Part shown: positions 1 through 11,936 of the stretch, one piece after another
Position numbering within the stretch: the stretch's first letter is position 1
Layout: each line of letters starts with the position of its first letter
DNA from: Heterodontus francisci
Lineage: Eukaryota
Assembly (NCBI RefSeq): GCF_036365525.1
Contig: NC_090391.1
Location: 85,944,085 to 86,008,084 of the forward strand
DNA length: 64,000 nt
Reading direction: 5' to 3'
Made by a program: the position numbers and the translations under genes
Notes under the pieces: generated by a model
Seen by the model: only the letters and a program-made list of their open reading frames with translations
The model's database searches: none
What the model was told of the DNA's origin: nothing

Positions 1-579
1 CTCTCTCCCTGCAAGGAGTGCTGGTGTCTCTCCCATTGTTCTCACACAAAGGTTTAAACAATATATAGCCTTGAAAACAAATTTCATATTAAATCAAGCA
101 ACAGATCAAACAGACTTCAATATATTGATGTACAAAGCATGTCATTAATCCTATTATTTTATTTGTTCTTATTTGTCACAAACGTAAAATATGTCACGGT
201 CCATCGCCCCCACATTGTGGATCCCCCTCCAGCTACATGACTTGCCTTTTTTATCCTATGGCTAAGTGCATCTTCCACACTGACACCACTCTCAACATGA
301 CATTTTGACGTAGTTCAGTGAAGATGGCCGTCATGCTTTATAATCCAACCTTGACATTGCAGTTCTTGCATAAATGTAAGCCGTGAAAATACTCTAAACT
401 TTACACAGCGGTGAGCAGTGTTCAGGTGAGACAGTAAATCTGGTGCGTTGGGCAGAGACAATCAGTTGATCTATCAAAGTCTCTTGATGTTATGATCCTC
501 TCTATACTACGTACAACACAACTGTTCTTTTGTTATTGAAAAGCTTGGATAGATGGCTCTGGATTGTGTTATCTAAGTA

Positions 580-900
580 AGTGGTTGTTCTCCTTACAGC
601 AATGTGGATTGAGGGGAAATTTGATACAGGTGTAGGTAAGGTAGACAAGGAGAACCTGTTCCCATTAGTTGATGGTACAAGGACTAGGAGACACAGATTG
701 CTGGTTTTGGGAAAGAGATGCAGGGAAATGTGAGGAAGCACTTTTTGTTATCCCTGCTGCAACTGTCTGTCCACAAGTGTGGTGGAAGCAGAGACAATCA
801 ATGATTTCAATAGGAAATTGGAGAAACACTTGAAGGAAACAAACTTGCTCCAGGGCGACGCTGATCAAGCAGGAGAATGAATCTGATTGGATGATGAGAA
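580..900 (+). mobile_element. Degenerate CR1-type LINE 3' region fragment
   Basis: gtagacaaggagaacctgttccca...gtggtggaagcagagacaatcaatgatttcaa resembles CR1 ORF2 end/3'UTR; recognised by eye. Confidence 0.6.
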
Positions 901-987
901 TATTTTATCAACTTCAATTCTGTCAAGGCTTTGAAACTTTTTCGTTTGTAAAATACTGCAACATAAAGTAAACATGCAATTTAAGAT

Positions 988-1059
988 TGCGATGGCCGAG
1001 AATCGAAAGCAGGCCAACTGCTTGGAAGGCAGCTGTGCTCACCACGATAGCACCATCGC
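988..1059 (-). tRNA. tRNA-Gly(TCC), probable pseudogene
   Basis: Reverse complement GCGATGGTGCTATCGTGGTGAGCACAGCTGCCTTCCAAGCAGTTGGCCTGCTTTCGATTCTCGGCCATCGCA, 72 nt, aligns to vertebrate tRNA-Gly-TCC; D arm and T stem/B box are mutated. Confidence 0.85.
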
Positions 1060-1146
1060 TTACAGCACAGTTTCTTTAAAGCGTTTTGATTAATAGAATG
1101 CTGTATAATGATTTCAACTTGTAACTGAGCAATCCGTTCATGTTAA

Positions 1147-1300
1147 TAAAAACACAATACTGTGAATGCTGGAAATCTGAAATAAAAACAGACAGTGCTG
1201 CAAATATTCTGATCAAAGGTCACTCACCTGAAACGTTAACTCTGCTTCTCTCTACACAGATGCTGCCAGACCTGCTGAGTATTTCCAGCATTTCTTGTTT
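1147..1300 (+). mobile_element. Penelope-like element terminal fragment with degenerate hammerhead core
   Basis: ttctgatcaaaggtcactcacctgaaacgttaactctgcttctctc...gatgctgccagacctgctgagtatttccagc; the family recurs many times in the window. Confidence 0.65.
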
Positions 1301-1382
1301 TCAACTTCTATTCTGTAATGGCTTTGACATTTTTTTCCTTTGTAAAATACTGCAACATAAACTTGACCTGCGATTGGACATG

Positions 1383-1490
1383 GCGGTGACGAAGCACAAC
1401 AGCTCCTTGCAGATCTCCACAATATACCAAAATAAAGCACCAAGGACATCGGCTCTTTTAACATCCACTGACAGCCTCTCTGAAAGAATC
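1383..1490 (+). pseudogene. Histone H2B 3'-end remnant
   Basis: gcggtgacgaagcacaacagctcc encodes AVTKHNSS (H2B C-terminus is AVTKYTSS); degenerate stem-loop ggctcttttaacatcc at 1451 and purine element gaaagaat follow. Confidence 0.6.
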
Positions 1491-1640
1491 GATTTACTGC
1501 AGTTATTTGAATACCAACTGCTCACATTTCACCTGAAGGTAACTTCGAGATCTCCGACAGGAACGTTCATGGATCGGTTCGATCATTGCATCACTTTTTA
1601 ATTCCCTGCCTTAAAATAACTACCGGCCAACGATCTGTAT

Positions 1641-2516
1641 TGTACCTGTCAGTTCCTGGTATGTCAATGTTGATTTTACTCTGCACCTGTCAATTCCTGG
1701 TATGTGAATGTTGAATTTACTCTGTACCTGTCAGTCCCTGGTATGTGAATGTTGATTTTACTCTGTACCTGTCAGTCCCTGGTATGTGAATGTTGATTTT
1801 ACTCCGTACCTGTCAGTTCCTGGTATGTGAATGTTGATTTTACTCTGCACCTGTCAATTCCTGGTATGTGAATGTTGATTTTGCTCTGCACCTGTCAGTT
1901 CCTGGTATGTGAATGTTGATTTTACTCTGTACCTGTCAGTTCCTGCTGTGTGAATGTTGATTTTCCTCTGTACCTGTCAATTCCTGGTATGTGAATGCTG
2001 ATTTTACTCTGTACCTGTCAGTTCCTGGTGTGTGAATGTTGATTTTATACTGCACCTGTCAATTCCTGGTATGTGAATGTTGCTTTTACTCTGTACCTGT
2101 CAATTCCTGGTATGTGAATGCAGATTTTACTCTGTACCTGTCAGTTTCTGGTCTGTGAATGTTGATTTTATACTGCACCTGTCAATTCCTGGTATGTGAA
2201 TGTTGCTTTTACTCTGTACCTGTCAATTCCTGGTATGTGAATGCAGATTTTACTCTGTACCTGTCAGTTTCTGGTCTGTGAATGTTGATTTTATACTGCA
2301 CCTGTCAATTCCTGGTATGTGAATGTTGCTTTTACTCTGTACCTGTCAATTCCTGGTATGTGAATGCAGATTTTACTCTGTACCTGTCAGTTTCTGGTCT
2401 GTGAATGTTGATTTTACTCTGTACCTGTCAGTTTCTGGTGCATGAACGTTGATTTTACTCTCTATCTGTCAGTTCCTGGTTTGTGAAGGTTGATTTTACT
2501 CTGTATCTGTCAGTTT
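1641..2516. repeat. 41-bp tandem array, about 21 units, including a 123-bp trimer repeated three times
   Basis: Unit tgtacctgtcagttcctggtatgtgaatgttgattttactc; identical trimer starts at 2041, 2164 and 2287. Confidence 0.97.
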
Positions 2517-3009
2517 GTGCAATGAGAGGGGCCAATAGAAGATCGTTAGCACTTAGAAGGAGAAGGTAGAACACAGTCAAGAAAACACAGCAAAGGAAGA
2601 AGAAGGAGAGAGGTCCGTGCCGCAGCAAGCACAGAAACAAGAATGGGTGTTGTGTTTTACTGAATATCTATTGCCTTGTTAAATATTAACTTTGTGCATC
2701 TTAGTTAAACCTAATAAACTCTCTGACTTGGTCACATAACTTGAGTTTGTACCTTGTAGGTCTATCTTGGTCAGGAATCTAAAGGTGCGACGGCTTGGGT
2801 ATTCTCTGTCTCATTTCTGTTCAGGTGACATCTACCTGAAACTTACAGCTCTTTACCATTTGCATACATTGCTATGTATTTTGTCCTCCTCAAACTTCGA
2901 CATTGTGGGCCCGATAAAAACATTGTTCTTCGTACAGTTTTCTGCGTCACTCCACTGCATAGTTCCGCCCCAGTAAGCAAAAAGTATCAGTTCACGACTA
3001 AACTCTAAA

Positions 3010-3253
3010 AGAAAAGCAAAATACTGCGGATGCTGGAAATCTGAAATAAAAACAAGAAATGCTGGAAATACTCAGCAGGTCTGGCAGCATCTGTGGAGAG
3101 AGAAGCAGAGTTAACATTTCAGGTCGGTGACCTTACTTCAGAACGAGCAAATATTAGAATTGTAAAAGGTTATAAGCAAGTAAAGGGGGGGGTGGGGGTG
3201 TGGGGCAAGAGATAACAAAAGAGAAGTTGTAAATAGGACAAGGTCACAGAATA
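3010..3253 (-). mobile_element. Penelope-like element terminal fragment
   Basis: aaagcaaaatactgcggatgctggaaatctgaaataaaaacaagaaatgctgg...; minus strand reads ctgaagtaaggtcaccgacctgaaatgttaac. Confidence 0.65.
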
Positions 3254-3259
3254 GCCTCC

Positions 3260-3740
3260 TATCCTTTAACCAACTACCATCTCAGGATCCCAGTGTCAAT
3301 TTTAACATGCATTTCTATTCTCCATGTAAGTCTGTTATTCACCACTTGATTGAATGCCTTTGGAAGAGCATATATCCAATAATTACTGTACTACCTTCAG
3401 TAACTTCAACCACAAGAACTCAATGATGTTAGTCGCACATGATTTGTCCTGAGCAAATCCGTCCTGGTTGTCCTTTATTAATTCACCACTGTTGTCAAAA
3501 ATAATGGTCTTTGTTACCAGATATTTCCTTCTCCTTTCCAGAACAGGAGTGTAATCCATCAGTCACCTGGCACACCTTCCATATTCAAAGATTTTGCTCA
3601 GAGCTTCTGGTATCTCCCTCACTAATATGGGATATTTCCCTTCTGGACTTATTAACTTAAAGAGATGTCAACCTATCCAGAACTTTTTCATCCTATCCAA
3701 TAACTCTGCAGCCCTCCTCTCCCGTGATATTAACTTAACC
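3260..3740 (-). mobile_element. Highly degenerate CR1 LINE ORF2 fragment
   Basis: Antisense remnants such as gaatgcctttggaag and gttagtcgcacatgatttgtcc, from the KSC.TNL/F.KAFD region. Confidence 0.5.
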
Positions 3741-4619
3741 CTTTTCTTTTGTGAAAATACATATAACACACCATTTCATTACCTTTTCCTTCACATGAGC
3801 GTTTCTTTCTTTATCCATAAACAAAGCCCAATTTTTTGCACTGTCATTTGAATTTTTGTTTCTTGATAAATGATTATTGATTTCCTTTTTGTTTCCCCAT
3901 TAATATTTTCTCATACTGTCTCTTATAAACTTGTTTCCCTTCCCAACTGCACTCTCACTATTCCGCCCGGTTGGAATCATGGTGATCGGGTGGATATGGG
4001 ATATTTTGTACAATTCACTGCCATTATTATTTCAATGATTGGCGCTGCAAACAACCTTTGAATTATCTTGATCAAAAGCAAATTAATGGTACTTTGTGTG
4101 ACACTGAGACTGGAAGATGGTCGGAAGAAAGCGGAGGAAGGTGTGAGAGGGCGGCTCCTAAACGGGCCAAACGGATCTCGTAGAAGTGTCAAAGTGAATC
4201 CGAGTGTTTGAGGAATGAAAGTTATAGTCTCTGCTTAATGTCATCAGAATGAATCTCTTAGTGACTGAAAATATATCTGAATGGCCTTGTCCTGCGAATC
4301 TGCAGAGAGACCAACAGGGAAATGTGGGTCAGTGAGAAATATAGTATTTGTTTACAATCTGGCCCTGCTTTGAGTTTGGAAATAATAGAGAGGTTGTCTC
4401 TGGTACAAAATGTCAGCGAGAGAGTAGCTTACATTTTTCTATCTTGAATAAGTCTTTACCCAAATAGGACAGGATCTCTGTCAATGTGTTACATTATATA
4501 AACGTCACAGGCCACTTCCCCTCCCTATTCTATCTCCCTGTTCTCGATCTCCTCCCTATCCAGTTCATTATTATTGCTGATCATTATATTGGCCTATCTA
4601 TTCTCTTTCATCTCAGACA

Positions 4620-4950
4620 GTCCCTCGGGATCAAGGATGACTTTTTTCCACTCCAGTTTGATGTGTTCTGAAATGGCTGATAAGTCCAATGCATGATCTG
4701 CAGACTCTGTCTCATCAGGGACAGGTGGTGCTGGAAGGGTCAGGTAAATGACTGCTTTGGCGGTGTGGGTGCTGCCTTCGCTGCGTCGAGTTCGCCTTTG
4801 CATGCTCCTGACAAATATCCCTGAAGAGTACAATGTCTTCCCAAATGAGGGACGATTTGAGGACATCTTGATGTGTTTCCAATGTCCACCTGGGGTTCTC
4901 CTACCACGACCAAGTTCTGAGTAGAGCAGCTGCTTCGGGATATTGGATTT
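4620..4950 (-). mobile_element. RTE-clade LINE 3' fragment
   Basis: Minus strand translates PKQLLYSELGRGRRTPGGHWKH, typical of the RTE ORF C-terminus; copies at ~42975-43305 and ~49490-49815. Confidence 0.7.
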
Positions 4951-5998
4951 ACAGGTTCTTGGAGAGTCGCCTATTCATGGTAAGTGAAAGACTAACACTG
5001 ACTGTCTCAACACATGTCAGTTGTTGTCTGCGAGTGCGAGGCACTGGAACACTTTCCCTTACATAATGTCCCAGATACAGTAAGGAAAGATGGAGTGGAC
5101 AAGCCTCTGTCATTCTCCAGTACTGAATTACAGTGAGTTGGATGTTTACTCAGTCCCGAACTGTCCTTGTTGGGTGAGTAGGCAACGGAATCGAGATGAG
5201 TTCCCGTCCCTGTGTGACTGTCACTCAAACTGCCCTGTGTGTGTAGGATTAACCCTGAGTCCCTCTATCGAGCTCTGTCTGCTATATCTGGAAAAATGCT
5301 GAACCTTTCACTTGTTGGTCTGCTCAAACTGAGTAAAAGGCCTGAGTAGTGAACAGAATGTCTCATTAATTCCTTAAATAATACTATGATTGAACAGCAG
5401 GTTATGATCGACTCAGCCAAAGTTTGTAAAAATTCCTGTCAATAAATCTTCCAAAAGGGAGTGTGAGGATCTCCTGGTTCCGAGTGTCTAAGGGATACAG
5501 GACTAGGAATCAGCAACTAACCCCAGAGATTCACAGTAAAGACTGTGTAAATGAAGACATTTAACAACCGGGAGCTGAAACTCTGTGACGGGCTCTATTG
5601 TCACTGTGTTTGTGTATCCGGTATAATCGCGGCAGGTCCGTGTCTCTTGTTTAGAATGAAACGATGAAGATCGCCATTCTGTATTACACACATTGACCGC
5701 GGGTTTCACTCCGGTTAGACAAACCTTTGCTGACTAAAATTAATTCTTCAAGGTCCCACCAAACACACCGGCTCCCTCCTTCCTCCCATGTTTCTGTCGG
5801 ATTGTTTTGAGAGGAGAGTTTGAATAATAACAAACACCCTCCAGGGAGAGGCGGCAATTTGAACATCTAAATGGGATCAGCTCCCGGCTTTCTAGGTTAT
5901 AGATTCCCTCCACCCCTCCCCACACTCCCTCCACCCTAACCCCATGTTCAGTTTCATTGTTCAGACATTGATGAGGGTGAAATGGGCAAAGGTCCCTT

Positions 5999-6122
5999 AA
6001 ATAAAAGCAAAATATTGCGGATGCTGGAAATCTGAAATAAAAACAAGAAATGCTGGAATCACTCAGCAGGTCTGGCAGCATCTGTGGAAAGAGAAGCAGA
6101 GTTAACGTTTCAGATCAGTGAA
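5999..6122 (-). mobile_element. Penelope-like terminal fragment, copy-specific insertion with TSD-like flanks
   Basis: Absent from paralogues at ~28600 and ~50855; flanked by caaaggtccc (5987-5996) and caaagttccc (6123-6132). Confidence 0.7.
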
Positions 6123-6159
6123 CAAAGTTCCCATTGAGTTTTGAAGCTGAATTGTTGCA

Positions 6160-6285
6160 GAGATCTGCGCACGCGCGATATAGCCCAACCCACTATGACG
6201 TCATCATGAGGCGAAGACGGCATGCGCACCCCTCCCCCAGCTGTGTCTGTGAGCGCCATTCACCGAGTGAGCGGAAGATTGTTTA
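6160..6285 (+). promoter_or_regulatory. CpG-rich NRF1/CRE promoter-like cassette
   Basis: tgcgcacgcgc, TGACGTCA at 6196-6203, gcatgcgca and cgccatt. Confidence 0.5.
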
Positions 6286-6309
6286 GTCATGTCAAGCAGG
6301 AGAAGATCT

Positions 6310-6475
6310 TAAGAACATAACAAAGATGACCAAGAGTAGGTTATTTGGCCTCTCCACCCTACTCTGCCATTTAATATGATCATGGCTGATGTGATTGTGC
6401 TTTACTTGACTTTCCTGGCTGTCCCAAAAACGCTTTACTGCCTTGCAGATCAAAACTCTATCTATCACAGCCATG
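6310..6475 (-). mobile_element. CR1 LINE 3' tail fragment
   Basis: aagaacataa...gagtagg...gccatttaatatgatcatggctgat. Confidence 0.6.
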
Positions 6476-6974
6476 GACTAACAGTTATATAATGCACCCC
6501 ACACTCAATTACATGACGTGAAACAGATGGACACAGTACAAATCTGATTCACATCGAGTAGGAGTGCCTAAAAAACACTGAGTCCACAATGCCATTCAAT
6601 AATATTTCCTAACAGGTACAGAATGAATGCCACACTCACAAACTCTACCAGTCACAGAAAAACACAGAATAAGCAACACATTCACAAACAATACCAGAGA
6701 CACAGAGATACTGAATGAATCACATTCTCACTGTCAGTTGCGGAGACGGATGATAAATGAACTAATCCACACTCACATTCAGTTTGAGAGACTGATGGAT
6801 ACAGAAGTATATTCACACTCACAGGCAGTACCAGAAACTGACATACAGCACATGAATCCTACCTCATACAGAGTACCAGAGGCTGACATGATGAACTGGA
6901 ACCAGACATAGTCGCATAACAGAAAATAAATGTTGCAGAATAATGTACTCATTTACATATGTCAAACTCACATA

Positions 6975-7030
6975 GTGATGGTGGTATAGTGCTGAGAATA
7001 TCTGCTTTCCAAGCAGTTGACATGAGTTCT
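6975..7030 (+). pseudogene. 3'-truncated tRNA-Gly(TCC) fragment
   Basis: gtgatggtggtatagtgctgagaatatctgctttccaagcagttgacatgagttc aligns to the 5' three quarters of tRNA-Gly-TCC. Confidence 0.7.
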
Positions 7031-7883
7031 CTACTGCAGGTCAGACCTCAATTCTGGTATCATGAAGCTTCATTTTATAACTTAAAAATGATCAATGTGA
7101 TTTCCAAATTAAAACCTACAAAAGACTCTCATCATCCATGTGCATCTCCCACAATGCTGAACTTCAATTTTCCTTCAGCGAAATTTTAGTTGAAGAAGAC
7201 ATGTCCTTTACACTAATAAATGAGTTCACAGTCAGAAACAAGAGTGTGCAGATCTTTGTTAAATAATAATAAAAAGGGAGATAGGGAAAGTTCAATTCAC
7301 ACACGGTGCTCTGGGTAAATATTGAACCCACATTCAGATAACAGAGAATGAAATAATATGAGGTAAACTCACACTCACAGACCAGGAACTGACGGGGACA
7401 GAGTACAAGCTACACACAGACAAAATATTTAAAAAAAACAGTTTTAAAACCGAACAAGTCAATGCAATTTATAAAATGATTCTCATCATCCATGTACGTC
7501 TCCCGTAAATTTGTCATTTTTTGAATAAATATAGATTTAAAATAGCCTCTAAACTGATCAGTTTTCAGTCAGAAACTAATAGTAAACATAAAGTTATTTA
7601 CAGCACCGAAGGAGGCTATTTGGCCCATTGAGTCCATGACAGCTCTCCAGAGTGCAATCCAATCACACTCACTCCACTGCTCGATCCCTGCAGCTCTGCA
7701 AGTTTAATTCCTTCAAATGCTGTGTCAATAATCTCTTGAATAATTGATTGTCTCTACTTCCAGCACCCTTGTGGGAAGTGAGTTCCAGATCATCACCACT
7801 CACTCCGTGTTCACCCGACATCTCCTGCCCAAAATCCTAAATTTCTGTCACCATGTCCTTGTACAATGAGCTAATGGGAAGTG

Positions 7884-8233
7884 ATTATGATTCGATTAGA
7901 GATGCAGCACTGAAACAGGCCCTTCGGCCCACCGAGTCTGTGCCGACCATCAACCACCCATTTATACTAATCCGACACTAATCCCATATTCCCACCAAAC
8001 ATCCCCACCTGTCCCTATATTTTCCGACCACCGACCTATACCAGTGACAATTTATAATGGCCAATTTACCTATCAACCTGCAAGTCTTTTGGCTTGTGGG
8101 AGGAAAACGGAGCACACGGAGAAAACCCACGCAGACACAGGGAGAACTTGCAAACTCTGCACAGGCAGTCCCCAGAATCGAACCCGGGTCCCTGGAGCTG
8201 TGAGGGTGCGGTGCTAACCACTGCGCCACTGTG
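7884..8233 (-). mobile_element. tRNA-derived SINE (HE1/V-SINE-like), near full length
   Basis: A box TGGCGCAGTGG, B box GGTTCGATTC, core tctgcgtgggtttt...ttcctcccaca, LINE-like tail ggccgaagggcctgtttcagtgctg; empty site in A' at ~41095. Confidence 0.9.
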
Positions 8234-8286
8234 TTTTTCCTTGTCTCACTTGTTATGATGTTTCACACTTGATGTAAATGTCCCTT

Positions 8287-8843
8287 CAGTTAGCTCGTCC
8301 ACTGATCTTGCCTGTCACCTTTCCACCAATATGCCTGAATTTCTGACTCCCTCTACTACTGTCTCTTCAACTGTTTCAATGTTGTTGATTCAATGCAGAA
8401 CAAACCCATCTCTATCGACTTCACACATTCTGATGAATCTCCTCTGTACCCTGAAATAACCAGAACTGGATGCAATCCTCCACGACAACACTGTCACTGT
8501 GTTTACTTTACACATCCGTATTTCTTGCTTTGAAAGAAGCAGCGAACTCGAATGGAACACGAAGCCGGTGCTCTTATTTTAAACATTCAGAAACAAGGAG
8601 TATGGAATTCAAACCCACGCATGCAGAGCACAACAGATTAGCAGTTCATCGTTTTAATCACTCAGCCACCTTGTCTTCTGTGAGTAAGCTGAAGTGTGGA
8701 GGAATGATCCGTGCAGACTGAAAAAGGTGACGGGCTGGTGCCAGCAAAACTGAAACAGTTGAAGAGAGAGTAGCAGAGGGAGTGAGAAAGACAGGGATAT
8801 CGGTGGATAGGTGACAGGCAAGAGCAATGGACTGAGCTGACTG
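8287..8843. repeat. About 90-bp imperfect inverted repeat pair (8287-8378 / 8751-8843) enclosing the tRNA-Ser pseudogene
   Basis: cttgcctgtcacct...ctcttcaactgtttca versus tgaaacagttgaagag...aggtgacaggcaag. Confidence 0.85.
8594..8675 (-). tRNA. tRNA-Ser(GCT), pseudogene
   Basis: Reverse complement GACAAGGTGGCTGAGTGATTAAAACGATGAACTGCTAATCTGTTGTGCTCTGCATGCGTGGGTTTGAATTCCATACTCCTTG, 82 nt with long variable arm; D-loop GG, TTC and stems are mutated. Confidence 0.85.
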
Positions 8844-8879
8844 CTGTGAAATGTTGTGGATTCGCAGAACACTAAATTT

Positions 8880-9060
8880 GATTGGTTACTTTAGATACCC
8901 AATCAGATAAATACAGAATCTCAAGAATTGACTTCATTGTAAACCAGCCAATTACGAACATGGTTTTCACCCCATCCTTCATTAACATAGAGCTCTGGGG
9001 ATCTGTATAAACTGCGAGTTCCGAATTTAAGAGCCACCGACAACGTCTCTCAAAAAGCTA
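8880..9060 (+). pseudogene. CDS-less histone gene remnant, probably H2B: promoter fused to the 3' half of the stem-loop
   Basis: CCAAT at 8899 and 8948, octamer-like ATTAACAT at 8981, TATAAA at 9006, TTTAAGAGCCACC at 9026-9038, AAAAAGCT at 9052. Confidence 0.55.
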
Positions 9061-9749
9061 CAACATTATCTCTATAATATCAATTTGTTTTGATATTTTT
9101 AGCAAGTGACTTGTATTTTCTAACTGCCTTTGTGATCTCTGTTTTAATCCCACAGATTCTGGTTAATACAGTTTCACTGCCCGTGCGATCTTCCTGTCTC
9201 TACTTAATAATGTCCCGATCATTAATTACTGACCATTTGTGAGCTTTGTTAATGGACGCGTTCATATTAAGCCCCTTTGCTGTATTTCGATAATAAAATC
9301 TGATTTAACGCACAGGCATCATTTCTCAGTCACTCATATCCCGAGATCAAGTTTGTCCTCAATAAGTAATCAGTACATTATCTAGAAACCCCGGTGGTGT
9401 GGGAACCCTCAGTCTCACTCTTTGACACCTGACACTAAGATTATACACTCCGCTGTTGTCTCTCACCAATAGGGATCAATCTATAGTCAGTGATGCGGTA
9501 TCATTAGGAACATTGAGCTGAAATGGTTACAGAATGCTGTGAAAGAGGCTTTCTGTCCGCTGGTTATAGAATGTTTCAAAAAGGATAGAGAGTGAACCCG
9601 AATAGATGGCGGAATGTGAAAGTGAATCTGGAAATTGTTACCACATGTGGAATAATACAATATCAAAAAGATTTTAAAATATTTGCGGTAAAACCAAGTT
9701 ACCTAAAAATGTGATGATCTATATTGAAGCCGCTCTGTGTTTTACAAAT

Positions 9750-10221
<472 letters not shown>

Positions 10222-10282
10222 TGAGAAGGCAATCTTATAATGCTAGCGCTGCTTTGTATTGGACTACAACGAGGGCACTTGC

Positions 10283-10630
10283 CCCATCGTGCATGTCCCG
10301 GCCGAAAAACGGCCCACCTATTCTCATCCCACCTTCCAGCATTCAGACCGTCGCCCTGCAGATTACAGCACTTAAGATGCATATCCAGATTCCTTTTGAA
10401 TGAGTTGGGGGTCTCTGCCTCAACTACCCTTTCAGGCAGTGAGTTCCAGACCACCATCACCCTCTGGGTGAAAATAAAATTCTCGTTTTCCCAGATATTT
10501 TTCCACCTATCACTTTAAACATATGCCGCACAGTCACTGAACTCTCTGCTAAGACTCTTCACCTCCACTCTCTCCAGGCCCGCCAAAATGTTGCACATTT
10601 CAATCAGATCTCCCCTCAGCCTTCTCAGTA
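10283..10630 (-). mobile_element. CR1 LINE 3' fragment between H2A and H3
   Basis: Antisense VVWNSLPERVVEA motif; mirror copy at ~38960-39303. Confidence 0.8.
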
Positions 10631-10808
10631 CTGGATTCGGGCATTTAGCTGCTCGCCTCTGGCGATATTTGCCAGGGATTTTAGCAAATCTACCGTTTAT
10701 GCAAACGAAAGATTTTACACAATGATCGGCTCTCTAACAAAATGATCTGCTCTAAACCACAGTTCTCTGACAACAGGAGATCGCAGATCTTTGTTTTGCC
10801 GATTTGGT

Positions 10809-10824
10809 GGCTGTGAAAAGAGCC
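10809..10824 (-). terminator. H3 3' stem-loop with one stem mismatch
   Basis: Minus strand reads GGCTCTTTTCACAGCC. Confidence 0.85.
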
Positions 10825-10867
10825 GTTGTGTTATTTGATGCCAAACTCAGATCAGGGCAGGGTGAGT

Positions 10868-11335
<468 letters not shown>

Positions 11336-11936
11336 CTATTTAAGATAGTAGAGGGACCGCCCTTGTGTTGTGATTGGATGCAGCCCCGTCCATCAGTCAA
11401 GTTTGAAATCAGCTCCGGGAAGTCAAAGGGCGGCCGGAAATGCTGTGCACTGATTGGTTGAACTGTAACTGAAACTGAAATTTTATCAATTTCAAAAAGG
11501 CCGCCAATTTCAGATGAGCAAACAAGGCAAAGATTAAAAAACATCTAATTTGGCGGGAACAATTATAAAATCTCACTCCTTGTACCTTTATTTCTTTCCT
11601 CCTAGATCCCCCTCTGTGTTTTACAGCACAGTTTGAATCGTTTTCTCTGGCAGGAATAAAGCGCCAGTCATTACTTACTATAACAGCAGTAAATTCCGCT
11701 TCGTGCCGGCAGTTCAGACCCTCAGGAATAAATTATCAAATGCAAACGTTTAATTCATGTCGCGTTCGATAAATAATGAAGAGAAAAAGACAGTGAAATG
11801 TATGTGAGATGTAAATTTACTGAGAGAATGTAATGATGTATAAACGCCGTTGTTGATAAAGATAAACAATATACAGATAATTTGATCTTATTAATTCAAG
11901 TTGCCATGTCACTGCTCTCTCGATGAGTCTTTGGGT

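Larger units (their letters stand above)
1..3125. repeat. Segmental duplication block C; direct copy at ~43761-46325, and 1-1300 inverted at ~46255-47556
   Basis: Opening sequence ctctctccctgcaaggagtgctggtgtctctcccattgttctcacac recurs at ~43761 and as a reverse complement ending ~47556; colinear matches continue through the block. Confidence 0.9.
2530..6283. repeat. Segmental duplication block D; direct copy ~47825-51015, 4285-5623 inverted at ~42300-43640, older paralogues ~26070-28745 and ~54450-57115
   Basis: Colinear matches, e.g. aataaactctctgacttg and ttccctccacccc...ccctaaccccatgttcag; the same short ORFs recur in each copy. Confidence 0.9.

Noticed and set aside
988-1059. Functional tRNA genes (all four full-length copies)
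   Set aside because: Each has mutations in invariant D-loop or T-loop bases or in stems, so I treat them as probable pseudogenes pending tRNAscan-SE
5906-5943. Interstitial telomere (CCCTAA) in C-rich tracts
   Set aside because: There is only one hexamer per copy, within a low-complexity tract
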